63,451 nt of DNA, filler included, from Octopus bimaculoides (GCF_001194135.2; 6 parts of 5 records of this genome joined end to end with filler, not necessarily neighbours in it); one strand, 5' to 3'. Shown: positions 11,381-24,334, numbered from the whole stretch's first letter. Notes: generated by a model not told the origin, from the sequence alone. A program made the numbers and translations.

Positions 11381-13261
11381 GCATTATATGCGTGTATTAA
11401 GGGAGCAAATTTATTTCTTCATACTTGTGTTCACAAACGACTTTTCTGATAGTCCAACATTTTGGTACTCGATGAAAGATTTCGGGGTGGTAGTGACGTA
11501 TTTTACAGCAACTTTTTCCTTTAACCTCTAATACTAAATTATTTAATCTTATATCCTAATTGAAATCACATGATCCGGCTTTAAAATATTTCTCCCCTCA
11601 CTCTATTGCAAGTATTAGGTCTAGGTCCTCGATTTGAGAGTAGCTTTCTCCTTTCCTACCACCAGTGACTTCTGTTGCCTCTTTCTAAATGATAAAATTT
11701 CAAAACAATAAACAGAGCTCAAAAAGTAGTGTTCCACTGACCTGAAAACTGATATGGAAACTGATTGTGTTAGTAATTCAAATGTGCAGCCTTGTCACAC
11801 ATGTTTCGCTGATTCTGCAAAAGAATTACCTTCAGGATATACCCATCTGTGAAATGCTAAACCACTTATACATTAATTTAATGAACAGGTAATTTAGTTG
11901 CTCTAATGATGCATCGTCGAAGCTGACGCAGACCCATCCATGTATGCATTTATGTGCTACTATGTAAGTGTCATTGTGCATATGCCTGCATGTCAATGTG
12001 TGTATTTGAGTTTCAAACAGCAACTTAATATAAATTTTCCACTGTTACTTTGCTAATAATCTTTACATATAATGAAAATATTTTACACTCGAAACAATGG
12101 ATTTAAAAAAAAGTATCCTATGAATTTAGTTTCTTTTCTTCTTTATTCCAAATGCTATAGATACTGAAGAGAATAAATGTTTAAATCAATAGATTTGAAA
12201 ACAAAGTCAGATTCATAAATATCTGTCATTGATTATTTAGTACAAGTCGCTATTGTTTAGCATCGAACAAAATATTTGTAGACAACCAATTATTATTATA
12301 ATGCGTTAGCGTTAACCTATTTATATCATGAAGCATTAACAATCTGGTAACATATTAATTTCTTTAATGGCTTTTGTCAGTGGTAGAGGGGTAGAGGGGT
12401 AGGATCGTGAAGACTTTTCAGAGAATCTGAGACAGGTGAAAAGAAGAAAGAGTGTTATTTTCAGGCCAATTGCTTGTAACGGAGAACGTTTTGCTAAATT
12501 CACTGACGGACAGGGTGGTGATGTTAAACCGAGTGATGAGTTAAAGCAACAAACCAGAGAGGAACCATCTTCCTTACAGGTTTCAACATAGTCTCTCTCA
12601 ATCCAATTTCACTGAGAATGTTTTGATTAACCCAATGCTATGATAGAAGGAATTTTCCCAAGAAGGCACGATTCAAAATCGAACCCGAAACCACATATTT
12701 ACGAAGTGAACTTCTAAATCACATAGCCATACTTAGTCTAATAAGCCTCCACTCATCCGCAAAAAGCAAAAACAAATATTTTAGTCAATTACTACTATTA
12801 TTTTGCTTTTCCTAGTGCAACAGACAATTAAAGGCATGTTTCGGTTTTTCATGACTTCAGTTTTTACTTACTCTATCTGTACCAATAAACAGACAGTCGC
12901 GTGAGTCATTAATCTCTATTTTGGAAGACACGGTTAAGTTTCCTCTCATACTTGCCGGCCAAATGAAAAAGTAAATAATTGACATTAACTGATATCATAT
13001 CCCACCTACCACATATCATTTTAAAGTTAGCTCTATAATAGAACACGACATTAACATTAACTTGTCTATTGATTTTCCTGCAGACGGAACCTCTGTATTA
13101 TTGCACAAATCAACTTTACCTTTCATCCTTCCTGATTTGATAAAATAACTGTAATGAACTGGAGTCGAACTAATGCCACAGTAAGAATTTTTAGTTTCAC
13201 ACATTCGCACGCAAAAAAAGGAAGGAATATAGTGATGTGGGTACAGAATAAGCCTTTCTAC

Positions 13262-13464
13262 TATAGGCACAAGGCTTGAAATTTTATGGGAGGAGGCCAG
13301 TCGATTAGATCGACCCAGTACGCAACTGGTACGTAATTTATCGACGTCGAAAGGATGAAAGGCAAAGTCGACCTCGGAGGAATTTGAACTCAGAACGTAA
13401 GGACAGACGAAATACCGTTAAGCATTTCGCCAGGTGTGCTAATGATTCTGCCAACTCGCCGCCT
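13262..13464 (-). mobile_element. SINE family B
   Basis: Reverse of aggcggcgagttggcagaatcattagcac...gagttcaaattcc...gtcgactttgcctttcatcc; matches 16187 and 46545 copies. Confidence 0.9.
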
Positions 13465-13763
13465 TGTTTGGGTCCAGCATAAAGATGACATTACAAAGAT
13501 AACAATTAAAAAACAAGACAAGTTTTAATGACAAATATCATACTTAAAACCATGGATAAGCATTAAAATATCCGTATTTGTGTGTGTGTGTGTGTGTGTG
13601 TGTGTATGCAGTTATATATGTTTATATATATACGTGCGTGTATATACATGCATACAAACATACATATTAGGTGCGTGTGTGTGTGAATGTGTATGTATGT
13701 GTATGCAGTTATATATGTTTGTATATATACGTGAGTGTATATACATGCATACGAACATATATA

Positions 13764-15030
13764 TTATGTCGTCAAGAATGAAATTTGTAGAAAAGAAAAA
13801 GTTTGCTAATTTTTTTATGAATACAAGGAAGAGTTTTATTCATCAAAGTATGCACCCATATTGTCAATACACTTTTGCCATTTCAGCGGTAGCTTGTCCA
13901 ACCCGGAACTGTAAAAGCCTGGCAATCTAGAGTCAATAAAATCTTGGAAGGCCTGTTTTACAGCATCGTCGGAATTAAATGTTTTTCCTAGAAAAAAGTT
14001 TTTCCAAATTCTGGAAGAAATGGTAGTCAGAGGGGACAAGATCAGGTGAGTATGATGGATGATGGAGAACTTCCAACTCCAACCCCTGTAGTTTCGCCGA
14101 TGTCATTTTTGCGATGCGTCGTCTGGCGTTGTTTTGCAATAAAATAGGAGTGGGTCTGTTGCAAGTTCTGCATAATTTGGTCCAGTTGGATGCAGTATAC
14201 TTTAGCATTGATTGATGAGCCAGGTCTAATGAAACCATAATGGATCACACCTGTACCAGACCACCAAACACACACCATCAGCTTCTTTTGATGAATTTTG
14301 CTTTTTCGACTGTGTTTTGGTAGCTCGTCTTTGTCCAACCATTGTACTGAACGTTTACGGCTGTTGTACTGGATCCATTTCTCATCACGTGTTACAATTC
14401 GATTAAAAAATAATTCATTTTTGTGACGAGAAAGTAGCATAATGCAGGCTTCCGAACGTTGCTGTTTCTGATTTTCATTGGGTTCATGTGGAACCCATTT
14501 ATCCAAATTTTACACTTTACCGATTTGAACTAGGTGAGTCAATATTGTTTGCTTGCTAACACCAAACAACAACGATAATTCACGGGAACTTTGAGATGGA
14601 TCTGACTCGACGGTGGCTTTCAGTTCGTCATTATCCACCTTTGTTTCTCGTCGACTGCGTTGCTCATCTGTGAGGTCAAAGTAACCAGAACGAAATTTTG
14701 CTAACCAATTTGATATTGTCTGCTATGTAATAACATTAGAATGAAATGCTCCATTAATATTCTGAGCTGTCTGTGATGCTGCATTTCCAAGAAAGAACCC
14801 ATATTTCAAAACTGTACGGATTTCCGGCTTATCTATCTCTAAACAAAAATAGCAAACAAAACGATTTATAAATACTTTATAAAGCGCAAATGAGTTAGAA
14901 TAAAGAAATAGATGTGTCAGCTTTCTAACAAAAAAAAATAAAGATTGTCAAAATATAATAATAGCGCAAAATGAGCAGCTGTCAAAATTTACCATATACC
15001 TTACTACAAATTTCATACTTGACGACCTAA
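13764..15030 (-). mobile_element. Full-length decayed mariner (DD34D; Hsmar1/cecropia-like)
   Basis: 27-bp TIRs ttatgtcgtcaagaatgaaatttgtag (13764-13790) and ctacaaatttcatacttgacgacctaa (15004-15030), 2 mismatches; TA on the left, TT on the right; length 1267 bp. Confidence 0.95.
13836..14836 (-). pseudogene. Mariner transposase pseudogene
   Basis: WVPHE, IVTRDEKW, LMVCVWW, LQNNAR (second catalytic D to N), HPSYSPDLVPSDY, KWQKCIDNMGAYFDE; start codon decayed to ATA; internal stops and frameshifts. Confidence 0.93.
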
Positions 15031-15418
15031 TTCTTACATACATACAAAAATACATACTTACATACACACACACATACGCACATAAACACTCACACAATCA
15101 CATGCATATATATGTAAGTATATATATGTATATTGCCTCTCTAAGCTAACGATGTGTAATGTGCTTGATTTGTACACAAATTGTTGAGTGTGTACTGTAT
15201 ATACGTGCGTAATTCCAAATGCATACCGTGTACATACACGTATGTAGACGGGCCCGTGTATAAGTTGTAAATGTGAGTGGGCATTCGCGCACCTACTATA
15301 CTAATATCGACCTCTCAACCAACAACAGTTCCATACATAATAATTTCGCTCTCACAATAAAAATTGTCTGTCTTTCCCACTCCTTCCCTCCTCCCCTCTC
15401 CATACTAAATGGATATTA

Positions 15419-15457
<39 letters not shown>

Positions 15458-15900
15458 TATGTTTGTTTCTGTGAGTGTGAGCATTTGTACCAGTTATTTT
15501 TATATTGCAAAGAGACTAAGAGAGATGAACAATTCTACGTTTATTACAAGAAATAATAGCTCAAGTTAAGCTCTAATGAAGTTATACCATCTTGTCAGAC
15601 AACATACCAGCAATTTATTGGCTTTCTTTTTGATTTCATGCATCTAGAAGTGACCAATTCTCGCTAAATATCTTTTATTGATAAATAATCTATTTCAATT
15701 AATGTTCCCGTCTGTTGATTTACCATCACAGGGTATCGCTAACATAGTAACTGAAAGACGAAATTTTTGAACTGCTTGACTGCCTACACGTGAGAACGAA
15801 CATGTGTGAATGTTTATTTGATATGATGGTAGTTTCTTTGCTTCCAAACGTAGATAAGTAGAATGATAAACTTTTTTACGCCTGCATCCCCATCCTAAAT

Positions 15901-17130
15901 TATTGATTTGATCAAAAAATCCTCAAGGTTTTTTTTAAGCAAACATCAGACACAAGTTTTAAACACAAAGCGATTTATTGAATCAATGATATAATTAATA
16001 TTTCATTGCAGTATATTCTACCAATTTGTGCTCAAAGAATTTTCTGTCTTTACATCCTATTCAGAGTTGAAGGTCTGTCCATTCAATGAATTTTGAAGAG
16101 ACCGAAATAGGTGGAAATCTGAAGGCGCAAGGTCAGGTGAATATAGAGGGTGTGGCAAATCTTCCCACTCAGGCTCAATAACCTCTTATTTCTTTACTGC
16201 CCACAAGGGGCTACACACAAGGACAGACAAACGAATTAAGTCGGTTATATCGACCCCAGTGCGTAACTGGTACTTATTTAAATCGACCCCGAAAGGATGA
16301 AAGACAAAGTCGACCTCGGTGGAATTTGAACTCAGAACGTAGCGGCAGACGAAATACCGCTAAGCATTTCGCCCAGTGTGCTAACGTTTCTACCAGCTCG
16401 CCGCCTTCAATAACCTCTGTTGCTCAATAGCCTCTGTTGTGTTTGCTAAGAAGTGTGCAGACTGGTATTCTCATGTTGAGAAACAATGCTCCAGCAAATG
16501 CTGGACACTTGTGGTGGATCGCTATGTTTAATTTGATCGAATGGCCACAGTGTACATCTGAATTGATGATCCTGCCCGTAGGAAAGATCTCGAAAAGACA
16601 ACACCTTTTAAATCCCACCAAATTGAAAACATGACCTTCTTCAGCTTAAATCCTGCTGTGAAGGCTGTTTGTAGTAGTTTGTTGAGCTTCTCCTATGATT
16701 GTTTGGGTTCAACACTGTTATAAGTGATCCCTTTTTCGTCCTCTGTCACCATTCGCTTTACTTTTCTGCAACGAATCGCAGATGAATATCCGTTGGGTAA
16801 GGTTAGCCTCACTCAATTAATGTGGGACCTAAACATCGTGCCTGCTGGCGGAACTAAGTTGATGCAGAATGGTTTTCAATACTTGTTTGGGGAATGTATG
16901 TGACCATCCTAGTCATATAACGAGGATTAGTGACGCTGTTGATCTCAGTTAGCCTGCCTGTGCAAGGACCGCAACATTTCTCTATCGAAATCATGAAAAC
17001 CACTTCTGGCACACTTGTTCCGTACAAGCATCCTCACCCTACACGGTGCCTGCCTTCATGTAGACTTTCACCGTTTTCTTGCCTTCTTTTTAATAAAAAG
17101 GTATGATGTTCATTTTGGCTCTCCATTTTC
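15901..17130 (-). mobile_element. Second, more decayed mariner (mellifera-like) interrupted by a SINE
   Basis: Manual minus-strand translation: MESQNEH at 17126, [89 protein letters not shown]; candidate TIR tattgatttgatcaaaaaa at 15901, opposite TIR not found. Confidence 0.85.
16187..16406 (-). mobile_element. SINE family B inside the mariner, with 12-bp TSD
   Basis: TSD tcaataacctct at 16175-16186 and 16407-16418. Confidence 0.93.
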
Positions 17131-19239
17131 AGGGTGATATTGAGGTGAATGTAAAAATATATTTATAATATTTCTCTGTTTTTAGATGGATGTTTTAGCT
17201 TTTGATCTCGTAGATTTTCTTTCCAGAATGTATTTTTGATTTACAATTATCTTTCGTAATATGGAATTTTGCATTCATTGATACAACAATTCAAGATTGA
17301 TTTTTGTAGTTTTTTGCTGGTGTGATTGATACGGTTGGCGTCCATCTTGAACAACAACTGACAGTCAAAGACTACAGCCAAAAATATTTTTTAAATGGGT
17401 GACACTTTGCAGAAGAAGGATTGAGAAAAGTAGTTAATGTGGGGTCTGGTGGGGGTACACAGTATGGCTGACAAGGGAAAGTAAAATGTGATACGTTAAC
17501 GCCATCACTTTACTCAAAGTAGCAGATAACATTATAGCAGTGTTATAAAAAGTAGAGTGAAGAGATAGACAGCGTATTAATGGATTAGAAGTTGAATTGT
17601 ATTGAAGAAAATCTTCATGTCAGTCATACTTCTTAACTACAAAGCTATACCAGTATAAACTTAAACATTGTTATATACTGAAATATTATTCATCACTTTT
17701 GAATAATGTCAATACCAGTCGTTTAAGGAAAGTACAATTGATTGAATAGATCTACCATATATTTACTTTATCGGCTCTGGTGTATTGTAACTCAACATAA
17801 CAAATAGTTTGACAATAATAACTCTTCTTGATCGAGCAAACCTAGTGTTCGTGATTTTCTTAGGCATTAGTGATGTGAGAGGTAAACGATTTCGATGGAG
17901 ACTTGAAACCGCATTGTTGTTTTGATTTCCCAAGATATCATCTTTTATTCGACAAACTTGCTTTCATACCAGATTAATATAAACATTTCCATCATTTTGT
18001 TTAGGTTATATTCTCTTTTTTCTTTAATTAGAAATTAAACAGAGATTATTCAAATATGAGGAATTCAGTGTAAATTTGTGTGAAAAATTTATATAAAATC
18101 TTATGACCTGAACAACAAATTTAAAATAAACTATTCAAAGATGGCGGATATTATAGAATTCAAAACTAGTTATGATTAAAAATTTAAAGCCATTATTTCA
18201 AGTCTTCCAATCGATAAGAAAAGACGGAGGAACTTATTGCATGGGCGCTTTGTCTCTTTCAGAGGTTTAAGGAAAACAAATTACGATGAAACCGTAGGCT
18301 TTTCTAAGCCAGCATGACACGAGGTGAGAATTGTTTGGCGGTCCACTCGTTTATTATTATTACTGATATGTCAAGTTTGATTTCGTGTAAGCACAGTTAA
18401 GAATATAGTTCTCAAAGTGCATAAGCAAAATTCTCTATTATAATTCTAACACTTCATTGGTTCTTAATAACATTTTACCTCTAACGATATTCTCTGTAGG
18501 TGGTGCTTGAACTATGATACATTGAGCCATTTTTCTTCAGCAAAATACAATTGTTTCTCAGTGGGATAACAGTTGTGTTTGTATAAACTATCATTTCTTT
18601 TTCTTAGATAATGAAATATGGCAAGAACGAATAAAAGAAGACCTTGTTATAAACTGAAAGGTCACCTTCGTTTAAATGCAACTATTTACTAACATTAGAG
18701 ATACAAGCATTAAATGAAATCAAGCGGCACAGATAGTGGAGATAAACAAAATCTTGTCAAGGAAGTAATAACAGAAGTTACATTAACAGCAGTACCATCG
18801 TCGGCGTTAAGTTCGCCTGCGGTAACAATGATGCTATATAATAAGTCTCTCTCACACACACACACACAGACACAAACATACATACACACTCGCACGCACT
18901 TACACATGAAGCATCTGTAGCTGCCCCAAAGGGTGAAAGCGAAATAGTCAAATCGATATATTTGCGAGCAGCTCATTTCATAATCATAGTCTGTTTCAAC
19001 GAACATTGCCTTGTAACTATAAAGTTAACCACCTGCAAAGACAAAGAAATATCATCGACACACGAAAACAATAACATTTTAATGTGCTTGTAACCCCTCC
19101 CTTACAAACTACACATCTATTGACAATTGATTTGGATTGCATAAGTTCAAACTATAAACTGGATGCAAATTATAATTTTGTGAAATCAATTTCTGATCCA
19201 ATCTCCCATTACCACTTTTATGAACTCCATGAATACCAA

Positions 19240-19500
19240 GGGAAAGAGGTGTACGTCTCGCTCGGTCTAGAAATAACAGCCAAATCTCTATAAAATCATT
19301 TCTCCCTATCTTAAAATGTGAAGGAAATACAGATATAGTCTTGGGATATATCTGTGTCTACAAAAGTATTATTATACTTGTGTTGACGAAGACAGAATGG
19401 TCATGGCTGGAACCCCTTTAATCATAAGTTTGTTGAATCAGAATTGGCCAGGGGCTAAATACAGCAAAAGTATTTGCTATGCAGCAACAACAATAATAAT
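19240..19500 (+). mobile_element. Repeat family D (retroposon-like 3' end finishing in CAA repeats)
   Basis: ctagaaataacagccaaatctc...gaatggtcatggctggaa...ggggctaaa...caacaacaa; homologous to 22015, 48370, 49985 and 53200. Confidence 0.65.
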
Positions 19501-20039
19501 AACAACTCATGAGGAAGGAAACTTGCACTTACAACACTAATGCTTTTAATTTTATAGACGCCACGAATGTTACAGCTCTCTCCTCTCACTTAAGCGTTAT
19601 CAATACAGCTGATAATAATTTATAAAATCCTCTCGTTATGACATGCTAACTTACTGATGACTCAGGAAACAAAATTTTGCAACATTTAAATTTTTCATAT
19701 TCCAAATCCAATTTCTGTTTTAACATAGTTTTAGAAATTCAGACATTTGCATGGCTTCTAGTAGCATTAAATTCAAATTACACATTCTCGTTTTGTAACA
19801 TTTATTCTTAACAATAAAAGCAAATTAGCAAGTTGTGTCTCTGGTTGGTACATTTAACACCAGTAGTTAATTCCTAGTTATGTATTCACCATCAGAAATG
19901 TTTTTAAAAATCAGAGAAAAAAGATTAAACTGATTCGTGGGAAATTAAAAATCAAAGAAGAGTTACAGATGAATTATATTAATCATTTAGCGTATCCCTG
20001 TAATACGTTTGCGTCTTATTTCGCCCCCCTCCATCATAA

Positions 20040-21310
20040 TATCATGAGCGGCAGATAGGTAGAATCATTAGAGCGTCGGAAAAATACTTCGTGTTTTGTG
20101 TTTCAGTTGTTAATGCTCTGAGTTCAGATCCTTCGAAGTTTAACTTTGCCTTTCATCTTTTTGGGGTCGATAAAATAAAGTATTAGTCAAGTACTAAGGT
20201 TAATAATAACAACTCACTCACTTCCATCAGCATTACTGACTTTGTGCCTAAAGCGAAATGAGTTATGTACTGGGGTCGATGTAATTTCAGATCTAATGCT
20301 CTAAGAAGAAAGAATTATTATTCCACATCAGGAGTGCAAGATAGTTTGAATCGTTAGAACTTCGGAAAAAATGTTTCGTGCTTTGTGCTCCGACTCAACA
20401 TTCTGAGTTCAAATTCTGTGAAATTCCGCTTTGCTTTTCATCCTTTCGGGATCGATAAAATAACGTAGTAGTCAAGTACTAGTAGTCAATAGTAACGACT
20501 TACTCATTCCCGACAAAATTAGTGGCTTTATGCCAGAATCAGAAACAATTATTTTTCCATATCAGGAGCGGTGAACTGGCAAAATCTTTGAAGCGCTGGA
20601 CAAAATGCCTTGCAGTATTTCTTCCGTTTTTTTCCTTGAGTTCAAAACCCGCCGAGGTCAGTGTTTTTCCTTCAGAGTTTATAAAATAAAGCACCAGTTT
20701 AGGGTTAGGATCGACATAATCGGCTAAACTTTCCCACGACTATTACTGGCCTTGTCTCTAAATCAGAAGCAAATACTTTCTGTATCAACCTCGAAGGATT
20801 GGCAGAAGGAAAATGTCATGCGGTATTTGCTAATGCTCGTTACAATCTGAATGTGCATGGCTCAGTGGTTAGAGCGTCGGGCTAGTGAGTTCGATTCCCG
20901 GACCGAGTTGTGTGTTATGTTTTTGAGCAAAACACTTTATTTTACGTTGCTCCTGTTCACTCAGCTGTAGAAATGAGTTTCGACGTCACTGGTGCCAAAC
21001 TGTGCCAGCCTTTGCCTCTCCCTTGGATAACATCGGTGGCGTGGAGAGGGGAGGCTGGTATGCATTGGCGACTGCTGGTATTCTATAAACAAACTTACCC
21101 AGACTTGTGCCCTGGAGGGGAACTTTCTTGGTGCAAGTCTATGGTCATTCATGACCGAAGGGGGTCTTTACTCTTACAATCTAAGTTCAAATACTGCCGA
21201 TGTAGTAAAAATACTGCCGATAAGATACCACTGAAATATTGAGTTCGATCTAATCGACGAAACCATCCTCTAAAATTGTTGGCTTGGGCCTAATTAAAAA
21301 CAATTATTTT
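20040..21310 (+). repeat. Head-to-tail array of four degraded family B SINE units
   Basis: Units start near 20045, 20328, 20562 and 20790; each has gagttca(a)attc/gcctttcatc/gtcgataaa and a similar aattatt...atcagg linker. Confidence 0.75.
20849..21173 (+). mobile_element. tRNA-derived SINE (family A head, A3 body) inserted in the array, 9-bp TSD
   Basis: tggctcagtggttagagc A-box and gagttcgattcc B-box; TSD ttacaatct at 20840-20848 and 21174-21182. Confidence 0.85.
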
Positions 21311-21492
21311 TTGTAATCACATTTCTTCTTTTCTGTTTTTGTCTTCTTAGAAGACTAAAATAGTAATGGTAGCTTCTGAAACTATTTTAACATATCCGTC
21401 TTTTAAAATCAGGATTCATTGGATTTTTTACCCAAGAAAACGGTGTTGTTACACATACATACATACATACATACATAAATACGTACGTACGT

Positions 21493-21493
<1 letters not shown>

Positions 21494-21589
<96 letters not shown>
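21494..21589 (+). repeat. (CT)n(CA)n microsatellite
   Basis: Directly visible. Confidence 0.97.
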
Positions 21590-21590
<1 letters not shown>

Positions 21591-22014
21591 TATTCAATAG
21601 ATAGATAGACAAATAGATATTTCAAACCAAAGCCAGAACTTTAGTGATCCTAAATTACTATAAATTGAAACCTTTCATCTTTTGAAATTTTTTTACTTAT
21701 CTTTTGATGTATTACTGTTCAACCTCCTCATTTTCCTAAACAAGATTGACATTTCTTCAACAATAAGAAAAAAATATCAAAGATTATTTTCTACAGAATA
21801 TACCATAATAATAATTGCTTGTGAAAGAAAACTAAATTACCTCTGAGATGTTTAAAAGTCTTGGTATTTGAATATTCTGTACAGTTTTTTTAAGCCATAA
21901 AATTATAGACATTTTCAGATGCCGAAGATTTTTTTTTATGCTCATATCAGTTTTGTTGTAAATAAGATGCTAGTTTAGTAATTGTTGTTCTGAAACTTCA
22001 GGCTATTCCCAGTT

Positions 22015-22200
22015 GCATAGATCTTTGAACAAAGGCCTTTCCAGCCATGACTACTCTGTCTTTTTTTCAGAAATAGCGTACCTATGCTTTCATGTTTTTT
22101 GAGCGTAGGTTGACGAAGATTTAGTTGATACTTCTCTCTGGTTTAGCGACCGAAAACTGCTCTTTCGCTGCTATATGAATGAATAGATTCTTTAATAGTT
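22015..22200 (-). mobile_element. Repeat family D fragment
   Basis: aaggcctttccagccatgactactctgtc is the reverse complement of gacagaatggtcatggctggaa at 19390. Confidence 0.55.
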
Positions 22201-22269
22201 GGGTGGCAGTAGCTGGTTGCTTTTTCTAATGTTTTCTTACATTGCCATATATATATCTGTTAGTGGGGA

Positions 22270-22480
22270 AAATTATCGGGCGGCGAGAATAGTTACCATA
22301 CCGGAAAAAATATTTAGTGTCATTTCGTCCGTCTTTACATTCTGAGTTCAAATTCCACCGAGGTCAACTTTGCCTTTCATCCTTTCGATGTCGATAAAAT
22401 AAGTGTAAAGCACTGGGGTCGATGCAATTGGCTATATCCCTTCCCGCTAAATTTTAGGCCTTGAGCAAAATATTATCGGG
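22270..22480 (+). mobile_element. SINE family B
   Basis: gggcggcgagaatag...ttctgagttcaaattccaccgaggtcaactttgcctttcatcc. Confidence 0.85.
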
Positions 22481-23993
22481 TGTGTCATTCCGTCTGATAG
22501 TTCTGAAAAGAAACAAAATTTTTGCTAAAAATGCCTAGTTGTTCACAGAAATGTATCTTGTAAATAAATACAGAGTAAAGAAAACTTTAAAAATATAGTA
22601 ATCGTAGTTTTCTTATGGCAACCATACAATATCACACAATGCAATTTTAGTACAACGTTGCTGTTAGCATTGGCTATAAGTAACTGGATTGAAATGGAAA
22701 TCTGCTCTGTCTGAAGCGTTCCTCTTTTGAGTTACGGCTGCAGGAAGACATTTCCAGGAGATTAACACTCTTGGGAGGAAGTGTTAGGCTTTAAAGCCAA
22801 TGCTAAATGAAGAAAACAGCAGTATGTCGGTGAAAAGAAAGGGAGGTTATTGTGTCGAGTGGTATTGCACGTTGTTGGTACGCCACCACTTAGCCTTAAT
22901 TCACGAATACACTTTAATCTCTTGTGCACTGATACGCTGGGTTATCAAAGTGTCTGAGCGGTCATTAATTCAATAATTCCTGAGTTTCGGAATTACAAAA
23001 TGGTGCCCTGCCTGCATTTCAGCTTATTACTCATCTTCCATTTTTTTGTGTTTCAGCTTCAAAACTTCACATGTATCATGTCAACCAAACCTTTAATTGT
23101 AAAACTGTAAAACTCTGGAACCCACATTTTCTAGCTATAAGATTTCGAGCCAAGCATTAACTATATAGACTTAACCATTGTGAATGGGCTCTTCCCCTTC
23201 TGCCGTACCTAAAAACGTTTAGAAAGAAAATATAATCAAATACAATGTTATGAATATGTAAGTTTTAAAATGTACACGGATAGGCACAAATATAAACACA
23301 CAAGATTATATATCCTCAACATACACACACACATACAAAACTCGACAGATTTAAAATTATGTTTTCCATAATTTGTTAGCAGTAAGTCTATGGCGAGATG
23401 TTGGAAGAAATATTTAAATCTAGTTGGTGGTTATTATGTCCAATCTACGATAATATGACGTCCAAACAGAGAAAAATAGTGTTTACCATTTCCTTAGTTC
23501 CTTGTCTATGGCACTGACGGCAATATTGCTGAACGAAAAGGAATTAACCATAATTTTTCTTTTGCATTGTCTAGCAAAGTCTGGCAGATTTCCATCATGG
23601 GAACTGAATTTGGCTTCCAACCATGTTTCTCTGCCTCCGATCGAAATGAATATGGTAACCACGTGTGAGCCTCATCATTAAATGACTATGATGCCTTGAG
23701 GGATACGATAAGTAGACAAAAAGACAGATAGCTGGATAGATATATAGATGGATATGATGGACAGAACGTAAATAAATAGAATGAGAATGATATTAAAAGA
23801 ACGAGAATAATATACAGAAAGAGTCATTGGGTGAGAAAGTGAGTGAGAAAAAAAGTGTTAAAGGGTAAAGGAAAAGGGGATCGAATATAAGAATACGAAA
23901 AATGAGAGATCCAAGACATGTATATGTATACACACGTACGTACGCACACGCAAACGCACGCACGCACACATACACACACATATATATATATAT

Positions 23994-24035
23994 GGGAGAT
24001 TATACAAAAAATAACAACAGACGAGGACAGGTGGT
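23994..24035 (-). mobile_element. Truncated second copy of the 2505 repeat terminus
   Basis: gggagattatacaaaaaataacaacagacgaggacaggtggt directly after (TA)n. Confidence 0.7.
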
Positions 24036-24334
24036 ACATATATCTTTTCCTTCAGTCTGTCGCTACAGACAAGATGCATTCTTATCTTTTCTCTTGTCAA
24101 AGACTATTCTTCCAGCGTTCGCTACTTGACATCGTCTGGCCTAACGGTTCTCCCTGTTTGTTTTTTTTTTCGTTTTGTTTCTTGTATGTCCTGTTTTTGT
24201 TACCAAATTTGACCCTCTGCAATCCAAAATTTTATTTTGGTTTTGATTTAATCGACTTAACCCTTTTCCCGCATTTGTTAACCCTTTCCCCACAATTTCT
24301 GGCTTTGTGCCAAAATGAGAAGCCAGTAAAAAGG

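Noticed and set aside
12403-12591. 62-codon ATG-less open frame
   Set aside because: An in-frame stop lies between it and the nearest acceptor, and its 3' part overlaps what looks like a decayed SINE.
19654-19685. CUGAUGA-CUCAG-GAAAC hammerhead-like string
   Set aside because: No U at 16.1 and no pairing stem I.
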